A DNA stretch of 64,000 nt from Eledone cirrhosa (GCA_964016885.1 OZ024743.1:28954001-29018000), one strand, 5' to 3'. Positions 28,117 to 40,609 are shown, counted from the first letter of the stretch. The notes: a model not told the origin generated them from the letters alone. Numbers and translations are program-made.

Positions 28117-28196
28117 ATAGTGTTCTCTGAATGGAATATGGATCGGGTTAATGATACTTGTTAGGACATCACACTTAATGACCATAGGAATATCTT
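28117..28196 (-). pseudogene. Exon, C-linker-like (DIPMVIKCDVLTSIINPIHIPFREHY)
   Basis: Strong splice sites ttattcttacag| and |gtgagt; resembles CNG C-linker DLPxxLRxDI. Confidence 0.6.
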
Positions 28197-28345
28197 CTGT
28201 AAGAATAAAGCATAAATATGTTACCTAATACATTATCAATAATTGAGACAACTTGATTTTGTGCTCTAAAGCTCAAAACTATGCAATTACATTGAATTTT
28301 TAATTCATATTACCTAGCTAACAACTGCAAGTTGAATCTAGATAG

Positions 28346-29018
28346 ACATTACTGTCAGCAGTGATTTGCATTGGACAAAGCACATCTCTAAAATTGTCAA
28401 GAAGGCCAAGGGAGTCTTGGCATCACTCAGTAAAACCTTTGTCAGCGGCTCTCCAGCTATCTATTAAAAGCTGTATATAGCTATGATGCGGCCACACTTA
28501 GAATTTGCATCACCTGTCTGGAACCCCTATCTTGCTCAGAATATTGACCTCCTGGAAACTGTTCAGAGACGTGCAACCAAGCGAATACCCTCCATAAGGC
28601 ATCTACCAAATTCTGAACACCTTGCTTCCCTAGGCATGGATACATTGAAGCTCCGACATCTGGCAACTGTCTTGGTATATACCCACAAAATTATTAACCA
28701 TCTTGCCAACAACAACCCTGAGTACATTTTTGAATTCCATGTGTCTAAGACCTGTGGGCATGTCTACAAAGTCAGAATCAGAAAACTGCAGAGCTCCGAT
28801 GACTTTCGGAAACATTTTTTCATGCTCAGAGTTGCTGAAGCACGGAACAAACTAACAGCATCGGTTGTTAGCTGTTGGGACACTGCATCCTACAAAATCT
28901 CTGAGCTTCCCGAAATTCACCAACACTTCATCTGATATTCCGTCTCTGTACACATGCACACATGTATATCATGACTCATACACTGTTCATTTTCTTGACA
29001 TTTGTACATTATTCTCAC
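28346..29018 (+). mobile_element. CR1-clade LINE 3' fragment
   Basis: RPHLEFASPVWNPYL..LETVQRRATK..FFMLRV...NKL. Confidence 0.9.
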
Positions 29019-29057
29019 ATAATAATAATAACAATAATAATATCTATATCTATATAT

Positions 29058-29905
29058 ATCATCATCATCATCATCATCGTTTAAAATCTATCTTCCACGC
29101 TGGCATGGGTTAGATGGGAATTTGTCCCACTTGAGGTTAGATTTGTCAGGTGACCATGTCTCACTCATATAGGACTATCTGGCAGGTTTTCTACGGCTGG
29201 ATGCCCTTCCTAACACCAACCACATTTACAGTGTGGAATGGGAGCTTTTTACCGTGTTACCTACATGGCCACATTACAGCATGGATTGTGTTTTTTTTGT
29301 TGTGATACCTACACAAACTCATTAGTTTGGACTGAATGTTGTGGTACCAACATAACTTTATAGAGAAAGGGCGGTGTTGGTGGGAATGGGAAGATAGAGT
29401 AGGGGGAGTGGGTTGGGGTGTATATTTGGTTAAGAGGTCCCTACTGACTGTAGGTTTCACTTTGTACATAGGCAAGGCGGGTCTTCTGTATTACTGCGTG
29501 GCGCCAAAGATCTCAGTCCAGTGACATTTTGCCGTAGAGAGGTGCAAGGTTGGAATTCATCAAATCGTTCCAGGTTTTTCTGGGTCTACCTACTTCGTAA
29601 CTTCCATCAATTTTGATCGCCTTGCACTTTTTTATACAGCTGTTGTCTTTCATGCGCATCTCATGACCATACCAACGTAGTCTTCTCTCAAGTAAACAGC
29701 ATCTGATCCCTCTTATTCCTAATTTCTCACTTAGTTCATTTATGTTTTGCCGTTCACGTATATTATTATTACACATCCAACGGAGCATGCATGCTTCGTT
29801 CCTTTCCAGTCTGCATAGGTCCTCTGCACACAATGCCCATGTCTCACTGCCATGTAACATTACTGTTCGTATACAGGCATCATATAATCTGCTTTTCATT
29901 TTTAG
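29058..29905 (-). mobile_element. RTE family B 3' fragment with structured 3' module
   Basis: RLYDACIRTVMLHGSETW...RRLRWYGH...RPRKTW, then module and (CAT)n. Confidence 0.9.
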
Positions 29906-31240
29906 AGAGAAATATATATATATATATATATACACACTCACACACATTAGCAGTAGAATTAAGATACCGTGATTCATAATATAGGCAGATATAATAAGTT
30001 TATATATAGTCTTGCTATAAATGTTTTATGCTGTTTGAGAATGCCAGGCATTCATGTTTCAAGTTTTTTATCCATCATCAGTGATGTTTACTCATTCAGT
30101 ACTGCAACAAGAATAAGCCATAACTTATATACTTTTGCGTATCAAACATTTGCTAGAGATGCTCATTTGCCTATAGTGTGAGCTTGATTGGTTAGGATTA
30201 ATTAACAGTAGCACTAACAGAACATAATTTATAATAGAAGTATATATGAAGGAATGTACAATATGTTTACGCATAACAAACATATATAAGTCTTGCTATG
30301 AATGTTTTAAATGGTGCTCATGTTACAGCTACCACAGTAGTCGTGTGAGAACACCAGACATTAGTGTTTCAGGATTTTAACCCATCATCAGTGATGTTTA
30401 CTCACTTGGTACTGTACCTTAAGAAGCTAAACCTCACAATGCACCATTACAAGCAAGGCACCCTATATGCCCCTCCCTCCTGTCTGTATTCTATATGTAA
30501 TACCCCACCCACAGATACCACCACTCCATTGATTCCTGAACCAATTTCACAATGTGGCTAACTGCAGTACATACCTGACTACACAAAATCCCATTGACTC
30601 CACTCTAATTAACACTCTTATCTATTATCAATATACTTCTTCCACTATCCCCCATTCCACAATCTTCCTATTGCCATTAAGAAATTATTATTGGAAAAAG
30701 AATATGAGATGAATATGCAAAAAATACATTATAGTCTTAATAATAGACATTCTTTCCAATATACTAATTATTTAATAATTCTAAGTATCATTCGTTCCAG
30801 AATATTATGTTTTGACTTCAAATCCTGCCGAGGTCAACTTTGCATTTTATAGTTTTGAGATTGATAAAATATAGTACTAGTACAAATTTCCCTTCACACA
30901 TAATTGCTGGCCATCTGACTAAATTAGAAACAATTATTTACAGGTGAAAAAAAATTACATGTATACCCAGGAGGCAAAGAAATTCTATAGTACACTTAAA
31001 TAGCAAGTTTAATTTTAATGAAGAGTAAATCTTTTGGAAGAAGAACTATCTAAACTGACTAACACCACTCTAGTAATGTTTCACATTATAATAACAATGT
31101 AAATTAGATGGCTATTTTGACAGATATTATCTAGACATGAATCTTATTCAAGTATATTGTTTGTTTCTTATGTTTAACTTCATGATTCTTTTTATTTTCT
31201 GTTATTTGAATATATCTATATATTATTATTTTATATGATT

Positions 31241-31990
31241 GGGCGGTGGATTGGCAGTATCGGTAGAGGGTCGGACACCATGCTTTGACGTATAGAGTTA
31301 CGACCCTTGCCATTCTGAGTTCAAATCCCGCCGAGATTAACTTTGCCTTTCATCCTTACGGGGTCGATAAAATAAAGTACCAGTAATGCACTGGATAATT
31401 GCTGGCCTTGTGCCAAATGTAGAAACAATTATTTTATATGATATTTAGATTATATTTATATGGTGAATTGGCAGTATCGGTAGAAGGTCGGACGCCATGC
31501 TTTGATGCATAGAGTTACGGCCCTTGCCGTTCTGAGTTCAAATCCCGCCGAGGTTAACTTTGCCTTTCTTCCTTACGGGGTCGGTAAAATAAAGTACCAG
31601 TAATACACTGGGTAATTGCGGGCCTTGTGCCAAAAGTAGAAACAATTATTTTATATTATAAAGGGGCGGTGAATTGGCAGTATCGGGAGAGAGTCGGACG
31701 CCATGATTTGCAGCATAGTTACGTCCCTTTACGATCTGAGTTCTTATCCCGCCGAGGTTAACTTTGCCTTTCATCCTTACGGGGTCGATAAAATAAAGTA
31801 CCAGTAATGTACTGGGTAATTGCTGGCCTTGTGCCAAAAGTATAAACAATTATTTTATATTATATTTATAATATATTTATATATTATTATTTTATATGAT
31901 ATTTAGATTATATTTATATATTATTATTTTAAAGTACCAGTAATACACTGGGTAATTGCTGGCCTTGTGCCTAACGTAGAAACAATTATT
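31241..31990 (+). mobile_element. Head-to-tail cluster of three full and one partial SINE family 2 copies
   Basis: Copies start at ~31241, ~31461 and ~31664; tail-only copy at ~31932. Confidence 0.9.
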
Positions 31991-32417
31991 TTATATTATA
32001 TTTATAATGTATTTATATATTATTATTTTATATTATATTTATAATGTATTTATATATATAGTTTTACAAGCAACAAAAAGAGCCATGGAGTTAAACTCAA
32101 GAAACAAACAATATATTTAAATGAGATTCATATCAAGATAATAATATAATCTCTCAAAAAAGCCATCTAAGGGAAGGTTGGTTTTTTAGATGAATATAAA
32201 GATTTTAAAATGAACAGCTTTGTATGATAGAAGCAGGGTGGTTATAAAAGATGTAGTATCAAAAGGGTGTATTTTAGAAATATATGTTCACTTCATATAG
32301 TATTAATTATCAGAAGACATAACCTAAAAGCTTTACATTTTCAATTCAGTGCTACAAAAATGTAAACTACATACTATATTTAACGTAAACTTTAGTTACT
32401 CTATAAATATTAAAATT

Positions 32418-32904
32418 ACTAGCAGAAAAACTACCCTTCAGGTGGTTTTCTACATGCATATGTAGTGTGCATATTGATATTATACGTAACTATATATGCA
32501 TGTAGATATGATACATCAAATAAAATCGTAATTGACAATATCCACAGAAATTGAATGAAGACTGCGTTACACTGTCTTATGTAATCAGTAATATAATACA
32601 TGATACATTAAAAAAAACACGATATTATATATAAACTGCATTAGGAGAAAATTAGTGACGGGAACATGTAAATGTTTATTTAAGCGATCACTAACCGGAA
32701 GTGTTGACATTTGAAAATTTTAAAGAAGTGAATCTTTAAATAAACAATAAAATATATTTAATCAACAGCTACGAAATTTAGTAGATAAATTATGTAATAT
32801 TCATTCATTATTTATTCAAAGTAATCCAACTTATTTTACTAATGGGATAAAAAATTATAAACCGTACGCAGTCCCGCACTCCTTACTTTATTATAGTTTA
32901 GATT
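32418..32904 (+). mobile_element. Possible Helitron-like non-autonomous element
   Basis: Starts actagcag + hairpin (aaaactacc..ggtggtttt) and ends ctttattatagtttagat, like the elements at 54.1 and 61.9 kb. Confidence 0.35.
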
Positions 32905-33084
32905 AGTCATCCATCTACTGTAAAATAGAATGGAAGCTACTTTTAGCTAAAAGTAAACTAAAACAAAACAATATCTATAGCAAGATTTAAGCTTGTCATG
33001 TTATTAGTAATTTAGAACCGTAAATTTACATCTTTTGTGTTTCAACACTATTTTTATGCATAAATACAATTCTTGCACTGATAT

Positions 33085-33745
33085 CATGCTTATACAGTAG
33101 ACACCACACAACAGCAAACAAAATATTAACACCATACATAACACAGTAGACACCTCACAACACAAACATCATACTACGCAATAGGCACCATACAACTACA
33201 AACATATCACTTATACTAAAATCATACTTTTGGTGCGATGTATTTGTGAGGTTCCTAGAAATAGTTAATTGTATTTGTTATATGTGTTTATATTTTCATT
33301 CTAAAATATTTCTGAGCAACGTGTAATGTTATTTACTTATATATTTAAAACAAATAAAAACCCTGGTCTATTTTGTTAGTATATTAATATTAGTAAAAAA
33401 ATAAAAAAAATAAATAAACACAACACAACCACAAATATATCTTACACTAACAGCACATTTATACATTAGATATCACACATTACTTGCATTAACACCATAT
33501 ACAATACAATGGACAGTACAGAGCTTCAAAACTATCACACTAACACTATATACAGTAGACACCACACAACTACAAGCATATCACTTACATCACACTTATA
33601 CAAAAGAGACCCCACAATTACAAACATCACTTGCACTAACACCATACCCAATACAATACACACCACACAACCACAAATATAACTTACACTAACATCATAC
33701 TTATACAATAGACAACACAGAACCTTAAACATACCTCTTACACTT
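33085..33745. repeat. Degenerate AC-rich ~40-bp minisatellite (two blocks)
   Basis: Recurrent tatacagtagacaccacacaac..caaacatatcacttacactaac. Confidence 0.7.
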
Positions 33746-33793
33746 ATATGCTTCCAAAATCTAAAAATATGTATTCTATATCCACTGTAAATA

Positions 33794-33954
33794 AGGTTGG
33801 TGTTAGGAAGGGCATCCAGCTGTAGAAATCAAGGCAGAATCAGTTCCTGTATGAGCAAGACAAGGTCAGCCGACTGGACACTGCTCACAACAGAATAACC
33901 CGTCTAATCCATGCTAACGTGGAAGAACGGACGTAAAACAATGATGATGATGAT
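33794..33954 (+). mobile_element. RTE-associated 3' module fragment
   Basis: ggttggtgttaggaagggcatccagctgtag...cggacgtaaaac + (GAT)n. Confidence 0.8.
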
Positions 33955-34987
33955 ATCCACCAATATATTAGGTACTGCCCACTATAAATTACAATATGTC
34001 AAATGTAAATTTCTTTAAAGTCATAGTTGGACTTGAGGGCTGACGTTTTCTTAGCTGTACTTTTATAATATTATGTAATATTCTCAGATGATCTGGCATT
34101 GATAACCTGATAAATAGGTGGACTGAGGCAATGTAAAATATTTTTACTAATACAACAAAATACATTTGTTGACATCTGATTATAAGCTCTAAGCCAATGA
34201 GGGAGACTGAATACATTCACTCAACCTGCTAGAAATAATTACCAAATATTCTTCAAATCACACCTCATGTCAACTTTGGCTGGGCAGTCCTCTGCTTTAC
34301 AACCATAGTCATTTTGTCATTGTTGAGGCATCTAGCGTACCCCAATGTTTTTAAGATATCTTATTCACCTCCTTCATCTACTTCAGATAAATCTTCATAT
34401 TCATATAATCATGCATACCCAGCAATCTGTTCTAAATGCATTCTTCCCCAGTTGTTATATTTAGTCTGCATGGGTCTCTATCAATGTTTAAGAGAGAGAG
34501 ATATATAACTTCTTTCATATGCTAAATTCAGAAATAGCAGATATCTCTATAAATATTACATAATATCAATAAAATGATATGTAAAAGTATTGTACAACCC
34601 TATATTCAGAAACATAATTTAACATCTATATATCTGGAAAATATACAGAATACTTTAATCAAAGAGGGTATAGGGATAAAACAAAAATAATTTTGAATTA
34701 TTGCTTTTAATACTGATAGTTAAGCAAAATAAACATTACTCCTAATAATAATAAAAGCTTATAATTAAAATTAAAACAAATACGATGTCTCAGATAAGTT
34801 TTAGATAACAAGGATCAGAGAGAATGGAAAGAGAAAATTATATCTCTACGAAAGATACACATTTCTTAGAAGAAAAACAAAACAAAACAATTTAATGATA
34901 TGGAAATTACGACAACCTGAGGAAAGATAGAGAATTATATTTATATTATGAATAGATTTGCATTTATTTAGATAAAGAATTACAAAT

Positions 34988-35028
<41 letters not shown>

Positions 35029-35052
35029 GACAAATATATATATGTATATATT

Positions 35053-35125
<73 letters not shown>

Positions 35126-35333
35126 TATAATATATATATATTTGTCTATATGTATCATCATCATCATCATCATCATTGTTTAACGTCAATCTTCCATGGT
35201 AGGATGGGTCAGACGGCATATATATATAATTATATATATATACCGTCTGACCCATGCTAGCGTGGAAGATGGATGTTAAACAATGATGATGATGATGATG
35301 ATGATACATATAGACAAATATATATATATTATA

Positions 35334-35365
<32 letters not shown>

Positions 35366-35436
35366 AAGGACGTAAAATAAGAAAATATTTTTTTAAAAAA
35401 ATTAAAAAAAAAAATTTTTTTCTTACTTAAATTTTC

Positions 35437-35518
35437 ACTCCAACTAATTAGTTTCTGCAATGGGATAAAGACAGTTATGTAATCCAACTGTCGAGAATTC
35501 ATTGCGTCATCAGGAAGT
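35437..35518 (-). ncRNA. Hammerhead ribozyme, unit 1
   Basis: ACUUC-CUGAUGA-C-GCAAUG..GACAGUU..AACUGUC..CAUUGC-A-GAAAC-UAAUUA-GUU-GGAGU. Confidence 0.85.
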
Positions 35519-36004
35519 CTATTCTCAGTTAAGTCTCCAGGCAATGCGCGGACACTGGCGGCTCATATAAAAATAATAATAATTCGGTAGATCGAACAGC
35601 TTGCGAGGACTGAATTCTATGTACCGAAATTCTCACTGCTTCAAGTCAAATGGCCGATTCTAAAGAATCAATCACGTGACACAGAGGCTAGTTAGAAGGA
35701 ATGGGATGGTAAGATGACTGACGCCTACTAACACCCCAAAAAAAAAAATTTTTTTAGAAGTGGTTTTGACAAGTTTGCTCGACAAATCAGTGATTTGGAG
35801 ATAAATATAGATAATTTAATATATCAACTAACATAAGCGCACAGATGCACGCCCATGCCAGCAAATACACAGGTTATGTCATAGTACCTAGGTGGTTCAA
35901 TGCAGGAGAATGCAGAACAATAATATAAAGGACGTAAAATAAGAAAATATTTTTTTAAAAAAATTAAAAAAAAAAAAAAAAATGTTTTTCTTACTTAAAT
36001 TTTC

Positions 36005-36086
36005 ACTCCAACTAATTAGTTTCTGCAATGGGATAAAGACAGTTATGTAATCCAACTGTCGAGAATTCATTGCGTCATCAGGAAGT
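36005..36086 (-). ncRNA. Hammerhead ribozyme, unit 2
   Basis: Identical to unit 1. Confidence 0.85.
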
Positions 36087-36567
36087 CTATTCTCAGTTAA
36101 GTCTCCAGGCAATGCGCGGACACTGGCGGCTCATATAAAAATAATAATAATTCGGTAGATCGAACAGCTTGCGAGGACTGAATTCTATGTACCGAAATTC
36201 TCACTGCTTCAAGTCAAATGGCCGATTCTAAAGAATCAATCACGTGACACAGAGGCTAGTTAGAAGGAATGGGATGGTAAGATGACTGACGCCTACTAAC
36301 ACCCCAAAAAAAAAATTTTTTTAGAAGTGGTTTTGACAAGTTTGCTCGACAAATCAGTGATTTGGAGATAAATATAGATAATTTAATATATCAACTAACA
36401 TAAGCGCACAGATGCACGCCCATGCCAGCAAATACACAGGTTATGTCATAGTACCTAGGTGGTTCAATGCAGGAGAATGCAGAACAATAATATAAAGGAC
36501 GTAAAATAAGAAAATATTTTTTTAAAAAAATTAAAAAAAAAAAAATTTTTTTCTTACTTAAATTTTC

Positions 36568-36649
36568 ACTCCAACTAATTAGTTTCTGCAATGGGATAAA
36601 GACAGTTATGTAATCCAACTGTCGAGAATTCATTGCGTCATCAGGAAGT
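36568..36649 (-). ncRNA. Hammerhead ribozyme, unit 3
   Basis: Identical to unit 1. Confidence 0.85.
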
Positions 36650-37135
36650 CTATTCTCAGTTAAGTCTCCAGGCAATGCGCGGACACTGGCGGCTCATATA
36701 AAAATAATAATAATTCGGTAGATCGAACAGCTTGCGAGGACTGAATTCTATGTACCGAAATTCTCACTGCTTCAAGTCAAATGGCCGATTCTAAAGAATC
36801 AATCACGTGACACAGAGGCTAGTTAGAAGGAATGGGATGGTAAGATGACTGACGCCTACTAACACCCCAAAAAAAAAAATTTTTTTAGAAGTGGTTTTGA
36901 CAAGTTTGCTCGACAAATCAGTGATTTGGAGATAAATATAGATAATTTAATATATCAACTAACATAAGCGCACAGATGCACGCCCATGCCAGCAAATACA
37001 CAGGTTATGTCATAGTACCTAGGTGGTTCAATGCAGGAGAATGCAGAACAATAATATAAAGGACGTAAAATAAGAAAATATTTTTTTAAAAAAATTAAAA
37101 AAAAAAAAAAAAATGTTTTTCTTACTTAAATTTTC

Positions 37136-37217
37136 ACTCCAACTAATTAGTTTCTGCAATGGGATAAAGACAGTTATGTAATCCAACTGTCGAGAATTCA
37201 TTGCGTCATCAGGAAGT
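37136..37217 (-). ncRNA. Hammerhead ribozyme, unit 4
   Basis: Identical to unit 1. Confidence 0.85.
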
Positions 37218-37696
37218 CTATTCTCAGTTAAGTCTCCAGGCAATGCGCGGACACTGGCGGCTCATATAAAAATAATAATAATTCGGTAGATCGAACAGCT
37301 TGCGAGGACTGAATTCTATGTACCGAAATTCTCACTGCTTCAAGTCAAATGGCCGATTCTAAAGAATCAATCACGTGACACAGAGGCTAGTTAGAAGGAA
37401 TGGGATGGTAAGATGACTGACGCCTACTAACACCCCAAAAAAAAAATTTTTTTAGAAGTGGTTTTGACAAGTTTGCTCGACAAATCAGTGATTTGGAGAT
37501 AAATATAGATAATTTAATATATCAACTAACATAAGCGCACAGATGCACGCCCATGCCAGCAAATACACAGGTTATGTCATAGTACCTAGGTGGTTCAATG
37601 CAGGAGAATGCAGAACAATAATATAAAGGACGTAAAATAAGAAAATATTTTTTTAAAAAAATTAAAAAAAAAAATTTTTTTCTTACTTAAATTTTC

Positions 37697-37778
37697 ACTC
37701 CAACTAATTAGTTTCTGCAATGGGATAAAGACAGTTATGTAATCCAACTGTCGAGAATTCATTGCGTCATCAGGAAGT
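37697..37778 (-). ncRNA. Hammerhead ribozyme, unit 5
   Basis: Identical to unit 1. Confidence 0.85.
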
Positions 37779-38261
37779 CTATTCTCAGTTAAGTCTCCAG
37801 GCAATGCGCGGACACTGGCGGCTCATATAAAAATAATAATAATTCGGTAGATCGAACAGCTTGCGAGGACTGAATTCTATGTACCGAAATTCTCACTGCT
37901 TCAAGTCAAATGGCCGATTCTAAAGAATCAATCACGTGACACAGAGGCTAGTTAGAAGGAATGGGATGGTAAGATGACTGACGCCTACTAACACCCCAAA
38001 AAAAAAAAATTTTTTTAGAAGTGGTTTTGACAAGTTTGCTCGACAAATCAGTGATTTAGAGATAAATATAGATAATTTAATATATCAACTAACATAAGCG
38101 CACAGATGCACGCCCATGCCAGCAAATACACAGGTTATGTCATAGTACCTAGGTGGTTCAATGCAGGAGAATGCAGAACAATAATATAAAGGACGTAAAA
38201 TAAGAAAATATTTTTTTAAAAAAATTAAAAAAAAAAAAATTTTTTTCTTACTTAAATTTTC

Positions 38262-38343
38262 ACTCCAACTAATTAGTTTCTGCAATGGGATAAAGACAGT
38301 TATGTAATCCAACTGTCGAGAATTCATTGCGTCATCAGGAAGT
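38262..38343 (-). ncRNA. Hammerhead ribozyme, unit 6
   Basis: Identical to unit 1. Confidence 0.85.
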
Positions 38344-38925
38344 CTATTCTCAGTTAAGTCTCCAGGCAATGCGCGGACACTGGCGGCTCATATAAAAATA
38401 ATAATAATTCGGTAGATCGAACAGCTTGCGAGGACTGAATTCTATGTACCGAAATTCTCACTGCTTCAAGTCAAATGGCCGATTCTAAAGAATCAATCAC
38501 GTGACACAGAGGCTAGTTAGAAGGAATGGGATGGTAAGATGACTGACGCCTACTAACACCCCAAAAAAAAAATTTTTTTAGAAGTGGTTTTGACAAGTTT
38601 GCTCGACAAATCAGTGATTTGGAGATAAATATAGATAATTTAATATATCAACTAACATAAGCGCACAGATGCACGCCCATGCCAGCAAATACACAGGTTA
38701 TGTCATAGTACCTAGGTGGTTCAATGCAGGAGAATGCAGAACAATAATATAAAGGACGTAAAATAAGAAAATATTTTTTTAAAAAAATATTTTCTTATTT
38801 TACGTCCTTTATATTATTGTTCTGCATTCTCCTGCATTGAACCACCTAGGTACTATGACATAACCTGTGTATTTGCTGGCATGGGCGTGCATCTGTGCGC
38901 TTATGTTAGTTGATATATTAAATTA

Positions 38926-38977
<52 letters not shown>

Positions 38978-39045
38978 AGATTACATTTATTGTATTTAGC
39001 CATGTAGAACGATAATTTTTTTTTTAGTTATCATATATATATATA

Positions 39046-39568
39046 TCATCATCATCATCACCGTTTTACGTCCGTTCTTCCACGCTGGCATGGGTTAGAC
39101 AGGTTGTCCTGTTGTGGGCAGTGCCCAGTTGGCTGACCTTGTCTTGCTCATACTAGAACTGATTCTGGCTTGATTTCTACAGCTGGATGCCCTTTCTAAC
39201 ACCAACCTCATTTACAGTGATTTCTGGGTGCTTTTTTTCTGTGGCACCTACACGGCCACTTTACAGTGTGGGCTGCGTGCTTTTTTGCCGTACCACCTCC
39301 ACAACCACTTTGCAGTGGGAGGGGGTGGGGGCATATTGTCTATATGCTTCAGCTTCGGCTTGTTCCTGTGGGAAGTCGGGTATTCTGTATTACTGCATGA
39401 TGCCAGAGGTCACGGTCGTGTGTCATCTCCCTTGAGAGATCCAATTGGGTAAGTTTGGCTTTTATCAACTCACCCCAAGTCTTCTTGGGTCTCCCCACTC
39501 CGCGGCTTCCATCGACTTCTAGTGGTCTGCACCTTTTTATGCAGCTGTCATCCTTCATACGCATCACA
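39046..39568 (-). mobile_element. RTE family B 3' end with 3' module
   Basis: VMRMKDDSCIKRC...GRPKKTW; collinear with 50163-50696. Confidence 0.9.
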
Positions 39569-40609
39569 TATATATATATACATAAACAAATATTGTGTGT
39601 GAAGCTTGAACAATTGAGCTTATGAAGCATTGGGGAAATAAATTTATAGATGTAGGATGCTCAATAACTGAAAATAACTGGAATTACAGTCAGTTTCTAA
39701 ACAATGGCTAATAAAAATTGGGTAACGGTCTTTCAAGATGGAAAAAGATGTTACCAGCTGCTACTAGGAAGAACCAAAGACCATATCTCTAAGATACAAA
39801 CTGAGTGCTCTCATCATTGAGCTAAGGGACCCATCACAACAGGTCTCTAGGCTCAATGGTGAGAGCACTCAGCCAGTATCTGAGAGACACAGAGTTTGAT
39901 TCTCCGTAGAGGTCACGGGAAACCTCTTCTGATATCAATCCCTAGGCATCAATGGGACTACCCAGAGATTGATTGAACTTTTAGACCAAATACATTTGTA
40001 TACAAAATGAAAATATATAAAATAATACAATAAAATACAACTCACTTATACAGTTTCTGATTTTCTGTTTTTATTTTCTATTCATTTTATATTCTATTTA
40101 ATTTATTTACTTTTGTACATGAGTCGATGAGAGGTGAAGGATTCCATGAAAGGGTTAATGGTGCAAAAGGTTTGGGGATTCCTACCTTATAAGATATTGA
40201 TTACAGTAAGAAATCACAAGCCTACATAACCCTCAAACTACATGCTACAATTAAAGAGAAAGGAACATATTGGATAAATGTACTCCTAGACATGTTATCT
40301 AATAAAATATTTTTTTAAATGATCACAGTTGGAATATCTTTCATCGTAGGTCTTAGAGTTGATTTGAGGATAAACACAAACAACAAAGCCACATGTAATT
40401 TCTGCCTCCCTTTCATCTCACCAGTCTTGGAAACTCAGCACAATCTCATGAGTTCTGCTTCCTATGACTAAGCTATAGACAAAATAACGAAAACTGGAGT
40501 CTATATTATTATTGTCCAAATATATTTGCCTAGAATCTTTTAGACAGACAACACAGCATAAACAAGTGTTTGAAGGCCTTTTACCTCATTAGAGCAAGAG
40601 TTAGACTTG

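Larger units (their letters stand above)
35361..38933 (-). mobile_element. Tandem array of six ~565-bp hammerhead-ribozyme units with terminal fold-back (retrozyme / Penelope pLTR-like), flanked by (TA)n
   Basis: Unit periods 568, 563, 568, 561, 565; units nearly identical; (TA)n at 35341-35364 and 38929-38975. Confidence 0.85.

Noticed and set aside
35329-38369. Repeated ORF MPGDLTENRLPDDAM... in every array unit
   Set aside because: Non-ATG start, and the frame varies with homopolymer length; it overlaps the ribozyme and is a by-product of the repeat.
35361-38790. CRISPR array, 5S/snRNA or spliced-leader gene cluster as explanation of the tandem array
   Set aside because: No unique spacers or cas genes; I recognise no 5S, U-snRNA or SL sequence in the unit (an Rfam search would confirm).
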